The notes under the pieces: generated by a model
What the model saw: only the letters and a program-made list of their open reading frames with translations
What the model was told of the DNA's origin: nothing
The model's database searches: none
In this document: piece by piece, positions 51,541 through 63,930 of the stretch
How the letters are laid out: each line of letters opens with the position of its first letter
How positions within the stretch are numbered: the stretch's first letter is position 1
Made by a program: the position numbers and the translations under genes
NCBI RefSeq assembly: GCF_018350175.1
Contig: NC_058368.1
Span: 74,774,001-74,838,000, forward strand
DNA length: 64,000 nucleotides
Direction of reading: 5' to 3'
Source: Felis catus
Taxonomy: Eukaryota

Positions 51541-52004
51541 ATCTCTAATAAATTTTCTTTAAATGTCTATGATTCTTGTGACATTTTGAAATCTAGGTAG
51601 AGTGTTAACCAGCAATAGTTAACCAACTATTAAGAAATCATTGATATTCTACAGCAAATGTGATAAATGGTACATTTTATTAAAGGCAAAGAAAATTGTT
51701 TTTAAAAAAAGCAAGTATCAACATTGTGTGGAAAGAATTTTAAACATGAATATTTAATTAATTATTTTTAAGATACTCCTGATAATTCATAACATTTGAA
51801 TGGAAATTATTAATTAAATCTTGGAAACAATACAAATCTCCAACTATTTTCTCTTGTCTTTTCTTGGGGGTGAGGGATTGGGGCTCTGTGTTGTAACTGT
51901 TCTTTCCACACATGGTAATTCAAATATATATTTCTGGTTGAGGCAATATTGTGTATTGTGTATTAGCCAAGAGGAAAAAGTATAAAAATTATATTGCATA
52001 GACA

Positions 52005-52688
52005 TGTGATATATTAGTTGACTATTGTGACTATTAAAAAACTATGACCGGGGTGCCTAAATAGCTCAGTGGGTAAGTGCCCAACTCTTGATTTTGGCTC
52101 AAGTTATGAGCTCAAGGTCATGAGATCAAGCCTTGCATGGGGCTCCTCACTAGGTGTGGAGTCTGCTTAAGTTTCTCTCTCTCTTTCTCTCTCTCTCTTT
52201 CCCTCTCTCAAAATAAATAAACTTAAAAAATATGACAAATTTAGTGGCTTAAACAACATATATTTATTTTCTTAGAGTCTGTAGGTGTAAATCCTAAAAC
52301 CAAGGTGTTGGCATAGCTGTGTTCCTTCTGGGGGCTCTAGGGAAGAAGCCATTTTTCTTGCCTTTCCATCTTCTATACCCCACCTGTACTCCATGTCCTT
52401 GGCCCCTTCTCCCTCATCAAAGATGGTAGCATAGCATCTTCAAATTTCTGCCCCTTTGTCTCTGTCTCTTTCAGCTCTGCTTCCTCTGTTACAGAAGGAC
52501 GAGTGACAGGCCCTTTATGATCGCATCGGGCCCTCTTAGATAATCCAGGACCATGTCTCCCACTCACGATCCATTGCTAATTTAATCACCTCTGCAAAAT
52601 CCCTTTTGCCACGTAAAAGTAACATGCTCACAGGTTCTGGGGGATTAGTCCTTGGGTATCTGAGGGGCCTCCTTCTGTCTACCACACA
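52005..52688 (-). mobile_element. MaLR solo LTR (MLT1C/D-like) interrupted by a SINE
   Basis: tagtggcttaaacaaca, ccaaggtgttggca, ccttctgggggctctagggaagaa, tttaatcacctctgcaaaatcccttttgcca, ends tctaccaca. Confidence 0.9.
52049..52228 (+). mobile_element. CanSINE (older subfamily) inside MLT1
   Basis: TSD aaaaa(c/a)tatgac. Confidence 0.92.
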
Positions 52689-54288
52689 TAGACAGAAAGA
52701 TAATAGCAAGTGCACATCAGCCTAGTGCTTCAGTCCCGGCGTATGTGTCCTTTCATCACTAAGTGCACTAACTTGAGCAGTTAGCCTAGAATGTCTTTCC
52801 TGCTCATCACTCTATTGCCCTCCCAGTGTGAAGTAAGCCAGACTTTGGAGAAGTTCTCTCATTTAGGATCCCCTTGTGAGTGTTCCTAAATAATAGCTTT
52901 AAGTGGTGAGAACCAATTTTAAAAAGCAGAATACGATGTGCTCCAACCCTATTAGTTTGACGGGTCAACTTCAAACTATTTTGTGTATGTGAGACAAAAG
53001 CTCCGGCTACCGTGTTCTGGGAGGGGTGTCCGATGGCCGGCAGGTGTGCTGAGGTGAAGGCTACCAGGGGGTGGGTCTTGGGCCTCTCGTGGGTGTCAGG
53101 GTCTATGGGAGTAGCTTACCCCACCCTGTGAGCTGGCACCCGCCAGGACACAGAACACACCTCATTTCTATGTGTTGTGTTCCTGCCTTACAAAAATCCG
53201 GGAAAGCACTCACTCAAACCAGCAGTCTAACTGTGTTGTCAAGGTGCTTCACCCACTCAGGTCTCTGCCTGTCATCCATTTGTCTTCCATGGGTCTTAAC
53301 ATGGCATGAAATGTCTTTCACGAGCCACTGCCCTCCTGAATCTCCTACTCATCTCTCTTCTACGACCTTTCTACTCTACACTCCAGCATTGAGGATGCAA
53401 ACAAATTTGAGAAATGCTGTTACAGGAAAGTTTTTCTTCTCTGAAAATACATAAACATATTGTACCCCGATGCTCATGGTGTTTTCAATAAGGAGCATTC
53501 ATTTAAAAGTCACCATTGGGATTCCATCGGCATGGAACAGGCATTTCTAGTTCAAGCTTATCAGAGTCTGGGTATGAAGTCCCATATTCAGGGCTTAGTG
53601 CGTGCCTTATAGAAACATTATGTTATCTTATTTGATCCTCTTAACAACTCTATGATGAACTAGGTCTCAACTTTCTGAAATCATATTTAATAGCATTGCT
53701 ATTTTAACTAATGTTTAACTTTAAAATTAATTATCTTTTCACTATGGTCCACCCTAGGATCATTTAGCTTAACCCATTTATTTTACACAAGAGAAACCTG
53801 AGTAGCTGAGTATTTAAGTAACTTGCCCTTTCCTACATAATTGACATTGCTAAATTTACACAGAATATTAAACCAAGGAGAAATTTCACTTGAAGGAACA
53901 GTAGAAAAAGAACATATGATTAAGCACAGATGGTACCTGGCTCACCTAATGTGTCTACCAATTTCCTTCATTTGTTTTTTTTTTTTAACTCTAATCAAAT
54001 ATGGAACTATTCTAAGCTGAAAGTGGCATATTATCCAAAATCCTTTCCAAAGTCTAATAATGCATGTAGCCTTCCATCTCCTGAGACTAGACCAGCCCAT
54101 GGTTACTGTTTTATACTGGTGGATGTAGGTGGGATTTTTTTTTTTTTTTTTTTGCCTTTTGTTGTTCTTGTTGTTTTGTTTTGTTTTGGGACTTTAGCTA
54201 GAGTTTTATGATAAACAACTCTTCTTGACGTTTGTGAGAAGCATGAAACAGTTCATTCTACGGTAGAGCAAAGCTGTTGCCTAGTATC

Positions 54289-54665
54289 TCAGCGGGTGTT
54301 AAACTGGGCTCCACTAAGCACTAAGAGATTTGTGGCTAGACTTTTGGGGATTTGTAAACTTGGACGAGAAAAAAAAATGTGTCTTTATTTTTATTCTCCT
54401 TTATCGGAAATGTAATATTTCCTTTGATGTTAAATGTAGGAAATAAAACACCATAGTGTAAGCAGTTCTAAGGGACCGTTAATGATAGACTCAGAAACTT
54501 TCATGTTATATTCAAGTTACTGAAGACATCAGAATACACTGTGTATCTTCACCACTACTTTGAAATTATGGAGCTTCATAACAAATATGTTCACTTCATT
54601 TCAGTAAGTTGCTTGCCTTTGTAATCCCATATTTATTAGTTTATACATTTAAAAACTTTAGAACT
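54289..54665 (+). mobile_element. hAT-Charlie element (MER113-like), left part
   Basis: caccactactttgaaattatgg; cctttgtaatcccatatt...catttaaaaac. Confidence 0.6.
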
Positions 54666-54672
54666 CCTTTAT

Positions 54673-55495
54673 CTCTTTCCATAATTTGGCTATTGTTGGT
54701 AATGCTGCTATAAACATTGGGGGGCACGTATTCCTTCGAATCCGTATTTTTGTACCCTTTGGGTAAATACCTCGTAGTTCAATTGCTGGGTCGTAGGGCA
54801 GTTCTGTTTTTAAGTGTTTGAGGAACCCCCATGCTGCTCTCCAGTGGCAGCACCAGTCTGCATTCCCACCAGCAGTGAAAGAAAGTTCCCCTTTCTCCGC
54901 ATCCTCACCAACACCTGTTGTTTCCTGAGTTGCTAATTTTAGCCATTCCGAGGGGTGTGAAGTGACATCTCATGGTGGTTTTGAGTGGTATATCCCTCAT
55001 GATGAGTGATGTCGAGCATCTTTTCATGTGTCTGTGAGCCATCTGGATGTTTTCTTTGGAAAAAGGTCTATTCATGTCTTCTCATTTTAATTTGTTTGTT
55101 GTTGTTTTCTTTTTTTTTTTTTTTGGTGTTGAATTTGATAAGTTCTTTATAGATTTTGGAAACTAACCCTTTATCAGATATACCATTTGAAAATACTTCT
55201 CTCATTCCATAGGTTGCCTTTTAGTTTTGTTCATCATTTTCTTCACTGTACAGAAACGTTTAATTTTGTGAAGTCCCAATAGTTCATTTTTGCTGTTATT
55301 TCCCTTGCGTCAGGAGACGTATCTAGTAAGAAGCTGCTATGGCTGATGTCAAAGAGATTACTGCCTGTGTTCTCCAGAATTTTGATGATTTTCTGTCTTA
55401 CCTTTGGGTCTTTAATCCATTTTGAATTTATCTTTGTGTATTGTGTAAGAAAGTGGCCCAGTTTCATTCTTTTTCATGTTGCTGTCCAGTTTTCC
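54673..55495 (-). mobile_element. Carnivore L1, inverted 5' block (ORF2 C-terminus)
   Basis: ORF 55243-55467 MKLGHFLTQYTKINSKWIKD...NYWDF is L1 ORF2. Confidence 0.95.
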
Positions 55496-55927
55496 ATCAA
55501 CTGATGAATGGATAAAGAATATGTAGTATATACAACTATAAGATGGAATATTATTCAGCCATAAAAAAGAATAAAAGTTTGCAGTTTGCAATGACGTGGA
55601 TAGAGCTAGAGAGTATTATGCTAAGTGAAATAAGTTACAGAAAGACCAATGCCATATGATTTCATTCGTATGTAGAATTTAAGAAACACAACAAATTAAT
55701 ATAGGGGAAAAAAGAGGCAAACCAAGAAACAGACTCTTAATTATAGAGAATAACCTGATGGTTACCAGAGGGGAGGTGGGTGGAGGGATGGGCTAGATGA
55801 GTGATGGCTACGAAGGAGGGCACTTGTTGGGATGAGCACTGGGTGTTGTATGTAATTGATGAGTCACTATACACCTGAACCTATATTGCACTGTATGTTA
55901 ACTAGCTGGAATTTAAATGAAAACTTG
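55493..55927 (+). mobile_element. Carnivore L1, 3' block (ORF2 end plus 3'UTR)
   Basis: tccatcaactgatgaatggataaag ... gatgagcactgggtgttgtatg ... ggaatttaaat. Confidence 0.95.
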
Positions 55928-55939
55928 GGGGGGGGGCAG

Positions 55940-55992
55940 TTAGAGATCCTTGAACTTCACTGGATTAACAAAGGTATCCATGGCTCAGAATT
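55940..55992 (+). mobile_element. hAT-Charlie element (MER113-like), right part
   Basis: cttcactggattaacaaaggtatccatggc continues the element cut by the L1. Confidence 0.5.
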
Positions 55993-57255
55993 TAGTGAAA
56001 TGAAATACTAGGAATTCTCCATACATACACGTTTCTCCCTCTCTCTCTCTCTGGATTTGATAAGAACAGACCTCAAGCAAGATCAGCGCCCTTAACTTGC
56101 CCAACCCCTCCTTTCAAAGTTGAGTAGAAAACTGAAATACGATTTGTTGTCTCTTCCTCTTCCCCTTCTCTCTGAGAACTGCACTCAGACTATTAGTCAT
56201 TCATCACAAATGAGGGGAGGTGTGTACTATTTGAATGCCTGATACCGAGTCTTTATTTTTTGAGAAACCAGGGAACTCAACTTACATGTACTGTCTACAA
56301 GACCGTAAGTACCATGCAGCTGCTCATGATGCGCATAATTTCTCCAAAGGTCTAGCTTCTTTAGAGCTCCACACAGCTAATAGTTTTAGGCACTGCAACA
56401 CCCTAAATCTCACAGTTTTCTTTGACTGGTAGCACTGCTCGGGTTCGAGAAGCAGCGGCACCATAGAACTGAAGCCCTAAATCCCAGAGTGGAACGGAGG
56501 TAGGTTTTGGAGTCACAAAGAGTCAAAGTTAGGGAGGTCCATATTGGAAACAGGGATGAAGGACAAGGATACAACATCCTCTGGGATCACACAGGAGGGG
56601 GGAAGGAATCCCCAGAGCTTTACGTGGAATTGCAGGTTTCAAATAAAATAATTAACTAATATTTTATTTTCTTAAACCTTAAATCGAGCATAAGAACTCC
56701 ACGAGTAATATAATGAACTAGGCTGATGTCAAATGAGTAGAATTTGGCAGCAAATGGGATTTGTTATGAAATCAGCATTTTTGACTATGTCATATTGATA
56801 AGTTTGAGTCCAAAGAGTGCCTCTGATGGTATTTCATTATCCAATTTTGTCAGATATGTTGAGCCTCTTGGCTTTAACTCCCATTGAGGCCTGTTAAGTC
56901 GATTTTGGATTTCAGGGTCATAGATGCATCCCAATCAAAGCTATTTATCTCACAAACTTTACCACAAGTCCCAAAGAATATTCAGAAGAAGAGAGTTATT
57001 GGATAGGTATGGAGCAATTATCATTAGCAGAAACTTAGCACATCATTTATGAATTGAATGAATGTTCTCTTTTTAAGACCCCTCTCTGAGAGTTTATGTG
57101 AGATCTCTAGAGAAGTCTAGAGTACAGAATGAATTAGTAAAAGTGGAAGCAGAAACTAATGTATTGAACACTTAAAGTAAATTGAGATACTAAAACGTAT
57201 CGTATTTGCATTTTACTGTAATTAAAAATAATAAAAAGAAAAGAAAAGAAGAGAA

Positions 57256-57480
57256 GGGGCGCCTGGGTGGCGCAGTCGGTTAAGCGTCCGACTTCAGCCA
57301 GGTCACGATCTCAAGGTCTGTGAGTTCGAGCCCCGCGTCAGGCTCTGGGCTGATGGCTCGGAGCCTGGAGCCTGTTTCCGATTCTGTGTCTCCCTCTCTC
57401 TCTGCCCCTCCCCCGTTCATGCTCTGTCTCTCTCTGTCCCAAAAATAAATAAAAAACGTTGAAAAAAAATAAAAAAAAAA
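57256..57480 (+). mobile_element. Young CanSINE (CAGCCAGGTCACG variant)
   Basis: Full body inserted in an (AAAAG)/(GAAGA) tract. Confidence 0.97.
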
Positions 57481-57541
57481 GAAAAGAAGAGAAGAGAAGA
57501 GAAGAGAAGAGAAGAGAAGAGAAGAGAAGAGAAAAGAAAAG

Positions 57542-57572
<31 letters not shown>

Positions 57573-57590
57573 GGAAAGGAAAAAAAAACA
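57481..57590. repeat. (GAAGA)n/(GAAAA)n tract
   Basis: Read directly from the sequence. Confidence 0.95.
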
Positions 57591-58267
57591 GTAGTAGAAA
57601 CAGATTTGCTCCTTTAAAGACAAGAAGGTTTGGTCTGAATTTCCCAATCTAAATACTATTCCCCAGTTAAAATTTGAAACTTTGCAAAGGGGCATGTGAT
57701 AATATATATCACCTGCTCAGAGCAATGCCTATTTCTATGAGCATGCCTAAAAAATGTTCAGCTGGCATTTTGGATATTGTATTAAAATTAAAAATTTAAA
57801 TAGGTAAATGGGACTTTATTTTCTTTGACTAAATTCAAAATGATCTAGAAATGGCAAAGAAAACCTGAATCATCCCCACTCAAATACATGATTTAAATGT
57901 GGATATTTCGTGATGATACTTGGTCAATTTACGATTCTTTCCATTTCATACTTTCTGCCGTTCTTCCTTATCTCCTCCAAGTATCTACAAAATGCCAGTA
58001 TTGTCGTGGCATCAGGAAAAGGTGTCTGTTCCAGTGTCATCTTCTGTCCATGACAGCACCTACTGAGATGTAACGCCATTAGCCAGGTGTAGGGGCACCT
58101 ATCCCAGAAGCTGGTCCTGAGGCTGAGGACCCTGCCATGGCTTCCTAGCATGGGTCCAGGCACTTAGATCTTTTGCTCACTTCTCCCAAGAGCAGGTTCT
58201 TCCCCTCCATGGCCCCTCTCAGCTCTACTCCTTTCCCTCACTCCATTGTTCCAGTGGTTCTTCATGA

Positions 58268-58866
58268 CACACTGTACCAAACCTAGTGCCATAAAACCAC
58301 TATTTTATTATATGTTTGGATTCCGAGGACAAGGAACTCAGAAAAAGCCCGGCAGGGACAGCTTGTTTCTATTCTGAGCCATTCTGGGCTTCATCTGGAA
58401 TACATGATGTCTGGAGACTTGAATCATCTAAAGGCTTTTCTTATACTTGCATGTCTGAAAGTTGATGCCGGCTGGTGGTTGCAACCTCAGCTGGGCCTGT
58501 TGGTCTGACAGCTACATATAGCTTCTCTTGGCTGCTTGGGCTTCCTCACAGCATGGATGGCTGGGTTCCAAGAACAAAAACATCGAAGAGAAACAGGCAG
58601 AAGTTGTTTGCCTTTTATTACTTAGCATTGGAATCCCATCATGTCACTTCTGCTGTTTGTAAGCCCACCAGATTCAAGAAGAAACACAGACCCTACTACT
58701 TGATGGTAGGACTGTCAAAGTCACATAGTAAAATAGCATGTGGGGGACACTCGGGTGCCTCAGTCTGTTGAGCATCTAGCTCTCGATTTCAGCTCAGGTC
58801 ATGATTCCAGGGTCATGGAATTGAGCCCCACATCAGGCTCCACACTTAGCTTAAGATTCTCTCTCC

Positions 58867-58907
<41 letters not shown>

Positions 58908-59031
58908 CTCCCCACTGTCTCTCTCTCTGAAAAGAAAAACAAAAATCAAACAACAGCAATAACAACAACAAAAAAACAGCATGTGGAATGAGGGTGGTTA
59001 TTGCAGTCATCTTAGAAAATCATCTGCCACA
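58268..59031 (-). mobile_element. MaLR solo LTR (MLT1G/H-like) interrupted by a SINE
   Basis: gggcttcctcacagcatgg, tgtcacttctgc, ends gcagtcatcttagaaaatcatctgccaca. Confidence 0.85.
58742..58974 (+). mobile_element. CanSINE (older subfamily) inside MLT1
   Basis: TSD aaaa(t/c)agcatgtgg. Confidence 0.92.
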
Positions 59032-59309
59032 TCCTTCTCTTGGGGGACTTGATTTTTTTCTCTGCTCCAGGTCAAAATTATCAGAATTTTCTGAAGCCAC
59101 CTTCAAGTCTATAGCTTTGTCTATTTTACTGGTTTGGTACCATCATGTGGAGCTTCTCTATAATGTTTTCACATCCATAGGCTCCAGGTGAAGCATATGG
59201 GAGACTTCTGTACTCTCAGATTTTCCTTAAACTTACATGGGTCCTGCTGTTCCGGATGAAGCCAAAGGATGGGAGTGTTAGGCTCCTTCTCTGGTACCAT
59301 CCGCCTTTA

Positions 59310-59538
59310 TTTTTTTTTTTTTTATTTTTTTTTTTAAACGTTCATTTATTTTTGAGACTGAGAGAGACAGAGCATGAATGGGGGAGGGTCAGAGGGAGAG
59401 GGAGACACAGAATCGGAAACAGGCTCCAGGCTCTGAGCCATCAGCCCAGAGCCCGACGCGGGGCTCGAACTCCCGGACCGCGAGATCGTGACCTGGCTGA
59501 AGTCGGACGCTTAACCGACTGCGCCACCCAGGCGCCCC
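59310..59538 (-). mobile_element. Young CanSINE (CAGCCAGGTCACG variant)
   Basis: TSD accatccgccttta at 59296-59309 and 59539-59552. Confidence 0.97.
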
Positions 59539-59976
59539 ACCATCCGCCTTTAAAGACTGGTCACTTCTCTAGCTTTCTTCTCTCTGATTATCTGTTGAGA
59601 TCTTTATCCACCTGTTTGGAAAAATGACTTTTGTATCTGCCTATGGGCTTTCCTACTCTAATATCCATTATTCACATTTTACTGCGTTGTAAATGTTTAA
59701 TCCCTGAATTTGGAAGATTCAAATCATTTTTTCCCTCCAATTCCACATTTATATGAATAAAAAATACGTTTAAGACATATACTCCAGCTTTGGATTTTAA
59801 AAGCTGTTTTGGAATTCAAAATCAATTATTCAACTACTTGTTTGTATTCCGATCTTAGTGTTTTCCCTTCTCAAGGCAATAACTCAGTATTATTTTAATG
59901 GTGGAGGAAGCACAGGGTAAAAGAGAACTAAGAAAGAGAAAACAAAAATCAATTGAATAATGTTTCAAAATAGCCT

Positions 59977-60173
59977 AGGGCACATGTAGGTGGCTTCGTC
60001 TGTTGAGAATCCAACTCTTGATTTTGGACTTTCCAACTCTTGACTCTAGATCCTAGAGTCATGGGATCTAGCCCCATGTTGGGCTCTGTGCTGAGCATGA
60101 ATCCTGCTCTCTCTCCCTCCACCTCCCCTGCCCCACTTGTGTGCACTCTCTCTCTTTCTAAAAAAAAAAAAAA
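59977..60173 (+). mobile_element. CanSINE (older subfamily) followed by a TA-rich tract
   Basis: Diverged head, internal duplication ccaactcttga, A tail. Confidence 0.88.
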
Positions 60174-60258
60174 TATATATATATATATATGTATATATGT
60201 ATACATATATACATATATATGTATATGTATATGTGTATATATATATATACACACATAC
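60173..60258. repeat. (TA)n/(TATG)n tract
   Basis: Read directly from the sequence. Confidence 0.93.
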
Positions 60259-60625
60259 TATCTTACTACATTTGAAGAAAGACTACAAACTATTAACTGT
60301 CATCCTTTCATTTGTATTTAGTAATGAATAAGCTTACTAATATAAATACAAATTATATTTATTATGACTGTCATTCTAAAATATATTAATCCAATTCCAA
60401 AAGATATAGTAAATTCTAATATTCTTTATATTTTTAATTGTTTAAGATATAATGGCATGATCTCAACTTTCTGTAAATAGTCAGTTTATGCCAGATTCCA
60501 GGGAAACCTGGAAATGTTTAGTGAGGTTTGCTTTGTACCTTACCTCATCTTTCTATGTTCTAATTTGATACAACTTCTATTTATTGTATTAACATGCATC
60601 CCATGTTTAAATTCAGCCAAGGTGC

Positions 60626-60668
60626 TGGGGCACCTTGGTGGCTCAATCAGTTAAGTGTCCAACTCTTA
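60626..60668 (+). mobile_element. CanSINE 5' fragment
   Basis: GGGGCACCTTGGTGGCTCAATCAGTTAAGTGTCC. Confidence 0.8.
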
Positions 60669-60669
60669 T

Positions 60670-61601
60670 CTGAGTAGCAAGCTAAACTAGATGCTTTTTT
60701 TTTTCTCCATAAAGCACCATTTTGTTTGAAAGAAAGACAACAGAAAAACTATGCTTTTCACAACTGAGTTTGTGGTGGACATTTTCTTGATAGTGAACAA
60801 AGAAATTGATCATGTGACTTTAAGAAAAACATCTGATAATACTTGTGCCAATGATAAAATTTGAGATTTCAAATTAAAATTAGAAATTTGGAAAACTTGC
60901 ATCCACCACCGTGAGACTGGTACTGCACAATTCTTAAATACTTTTCTATGATTGGTGGTGAAATTAATTAGTGTGATATTTAATATTGTATAACTAAATG
61001 TCATCATTTGAAAGATCAGCATTAGTCAATACTTCTCAGATGATCTATGTGTAGTGTTACATAATCATTTGTGGTTAAAATATTCATCAAAGTGCAAGAT
61101 AGACCAATGAATTTGAATGTAACAGTGCAAAAAATGGTATATTTTATTTCCACATTTCAACTTATATTTAAAATATTAAAAATGACTTTGTAAATTTTGC
61201 TAGAGTATTAAAGAAGAATATCCCCACTTAGCTGGAAAAGACTATATCAGCTTCACCTTTTCCAATCACATATCTATCTGAGGTTGGATTTCATATACTT
61301 TAAATGGTGACACAAAGAATCAAGCTATCTTAAAACAGACATTTAATAGTTTTGCAAAAATGAAAAGCAATGCTGTCATTATTTTATTTACTTGTAGAAA
61401 ACATAGTAAGCTTTTTTATAAAAACAACTAATTGCTGTTTTAAAAGATTTAATTAATGAAAATTTAAAATGTTTCTCACATTCAATTTTTAATATGATAA
61501 CCATCAATGGATATAACCCACATAAACAAAACCTTCAGCCCCTCAAAGGTTTTTAAACAATATAAAGGGACATTTAGACTGGAAAATATTGTAAACCACT
61601 C
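60670..61601 (+). mobile_element. hAT Charlie1-type DNA transposon, 3' portion
   Basis: gccaatgataaaatttgagatttcaa...tggaaaacttgcatccaccaccgtgag; caaagtgcaagatagaccaatg; terminus acccacataaacaaaa...taaagggac...aaaccact. Confidence 0.85.
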
Positions 61602-61857
61602 CTCAAAACAATTATGTGTTGTATATTTGTAGGGCAGATTGCTGATATATCTGAGTGATAGGTCCCTGCTCCCTCTGAATGTCATTTTCAGTCTGAATAT
61701 CGTTTGCATCCTTATCTCTCATTATTCTATTCCGATTTTCCATCTGTTCCCCTATTACTCCTTTCTAGTCTCTTCAAATACTTTTAAATGTTGATGTTTC
61801 CAAAGGTTGACTCCCAGCCACATAACCATTTCTTCTACAACTTTTCCCTGGGCAGCC

Positions 61858-62292
61858 GTTGGGTAGATCCACCTCCCATGGATTGCCCTGCAGGTTCTTA
61901 CTAGGCACGTCAAGAGTGTAAAGCTATGACCACTCTTTCCTTGGGCAGTTTCTTTGGGTTGTATTTTCGGTGAATGACTCTGAGGGCCGAGGTGAAATCT
62001 CCTTCAGAGCAAAGAGCAAACTGACTTGTCTTCCCACAGAAGCAATAGATTTCTCAAGCTAAGTGTTCCTTTCTTGCAATGCAGCCCAGGGCGCGTGCAA
62101 GTGTCCATCATGGACCATTGGCATCATCCCAGTGGCCGAGCAAGCTGACAGAAATAGACGTGAAACTGACTACTGCTGCTTGTCTGTTATCAGCCAGCCC
62201 TGTGTCTTCTGCCAATACCTATGAACCTGGGGCAGGCAAACTTGTTGGCTTGCAAGTAGAATCAAACCCTAGACCTTGAGCAGTTCTTGAGA
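61858..62292 (+). mobile_element. ERVL solo LTR (LTR40-like)
   Basis: caggttcttactaggcac; terminus cttgttggcttgcaagtag...cagttcttga. Confidence 0.7.
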
Positions 62293-63376
62293 GTGGCCGC
62301 TTTCTCACCTATGGTTTCCCTCGAAAATTCAGAAATAGCAATGATTACAAAATGGCAACCTGGATTACTGTCCCAGGTGCAGATTGCCTACTAGAACAAT
62401 ATGAAAAAGACACAGCTCATGCTCTATGTGCGCAAAGTATAATGACCAACGGCAATTAATTTATCCAATGACTAGAGATTCCCTGAAGTAGAAATCATGC
62501 CATACAGATCTTCTGCATTCTTTGTAGACCTAAGTTGGGTATCAGGTTATAGCTACATTTCAGTAGGTTCTCACTGAGAGTTACTTATCAGTGATAATAT
62601 TTCCTTCTTTGGTGCTCAAGTATCACCTAAGAATTCCCAAACAATAATTCAAAAGTAAATGACTTCCCCAGATCCCACACTTTCTCGATTTGTTTTCTTT
62701 TCTTCCACCATCTCCAGAAATATAATTAATTTAGTCTGAGAGTTTTTTTTTTTTTTTTTACAATTGCTGCCCCTAGCCTGTGGCCTTTCCAACAACGTAC
62801 CTCTGAGAGCATCTGGAAACTTAGTTGAGCAGAGAGCTATAGCCAGGCCTTCTGTTCACATGCACCAAATGCAACACATTGGCTCGTTGGCTCCCAGAGA
62901 GCACTCTGCTCACTGTTGGTGTGACCATGGCCCTAAGCCAAACCTTGCTGTGGTCACATTAGTCCTTAGCGAGAAAGAGAAAACTATCCGTCATAATGAC
63001 TTTTTAGTTATAGTTTCAGAATCCCAATTATTAACAATATTTTTTCCCATGGTGAAAAATAAAATGATGTAAACATTAATATCGTAATTAAGGCTTTGGT
63101 ATCGTCTCAGACAGCCTTCACCAGGGCATTTGTATAGGTCACAAGAAACTCTCAGAGGCAGCTACACAAAGCTAAAGGTGGATTTAAAGGGATGACAAAA
63201 TATTATCAATGAAGGGTCCTTCCAGATCAGTGAGGTCACTTGATTTCTTACTGTATATTTCTATAGAACCAAGATTGATGTCTTTCCAACCAGAAGTCTT
63301 ATAGTTCATAAGACATCTATAAATTGTATGTGTACTTTACCTCTGCTAATTGCAACTAGTTAATAATGATCTTCAG

Positions 63377-63600
63377 GGGGCGCCTGGGTGGCGCAGTCGG
63401 TTAAGCGTCCGACTTCAGCCAGGTCACGATCTCGCGGTCCGGGAGTTCGAGCCCCGCGTCAGGCTCTGGGCTGATGGCTCAGAGCCTGGAGCCTGTTTCC
63501 GATTCTGTGTCTCCCTCTCTCTCTGCCCCTCCCCCGTTCATGCTCTGTCTCTCTCTGTCCCAAAAATAAATAAGCGTTGAAAAAAAAAATTTAAAAAAAA
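63377..63600 (+). mobile_element. Young CanSINE (CAGCCAGGTCACG variant)
   Basis: TSD aataatgatcttcagg. Confidence 0.97.
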
Positions 63601-63719
63601 ATAATGATCTTCAGGATGACATATATCCCAGAATTTAAAAATAGTCCTTGATTTTGGTATGACATTGACAAAGAGTCCTTTGTAAGTGCTCATTAGAAAA
63701 AATATAGATCCATCTATTC

Positions 63720-63930
63720 TTTAATGTTTATTTTTTTTTGAGAGAGAGAAAGACCAGAGTGTGAGTAGGAGAAGAGCAGAGAGAGAGAGAGGGAGACACA
63801 CAATCTGAAGCCGTGTCCAGGCTCCGAGCTGTCAGCACAGAGTCCAATGTGGGGCTTGAACCCACGAACAGTGAGATCATGGCCTGAGCACAATTTGAAT
63901 GCTTAACTGACTCAGCCACCCAGACGCCCC
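63720..63930 (-). mobile_element. CanSINE
   Basis: Antisense diverged body. Confidence 0.93.

Noticed and set aside
3651..63919. Recurrent MAQSVKRPTSAQV... and ...RGRERGRHRIGNRLQA... ORFs
   Set aside because: Translations of CanSINE copies, not a gene family.
3641..63930. tRNA-like A/B box sequences
   Set aside because: These are tRNA-derived SINE heads, not tRNA genes.
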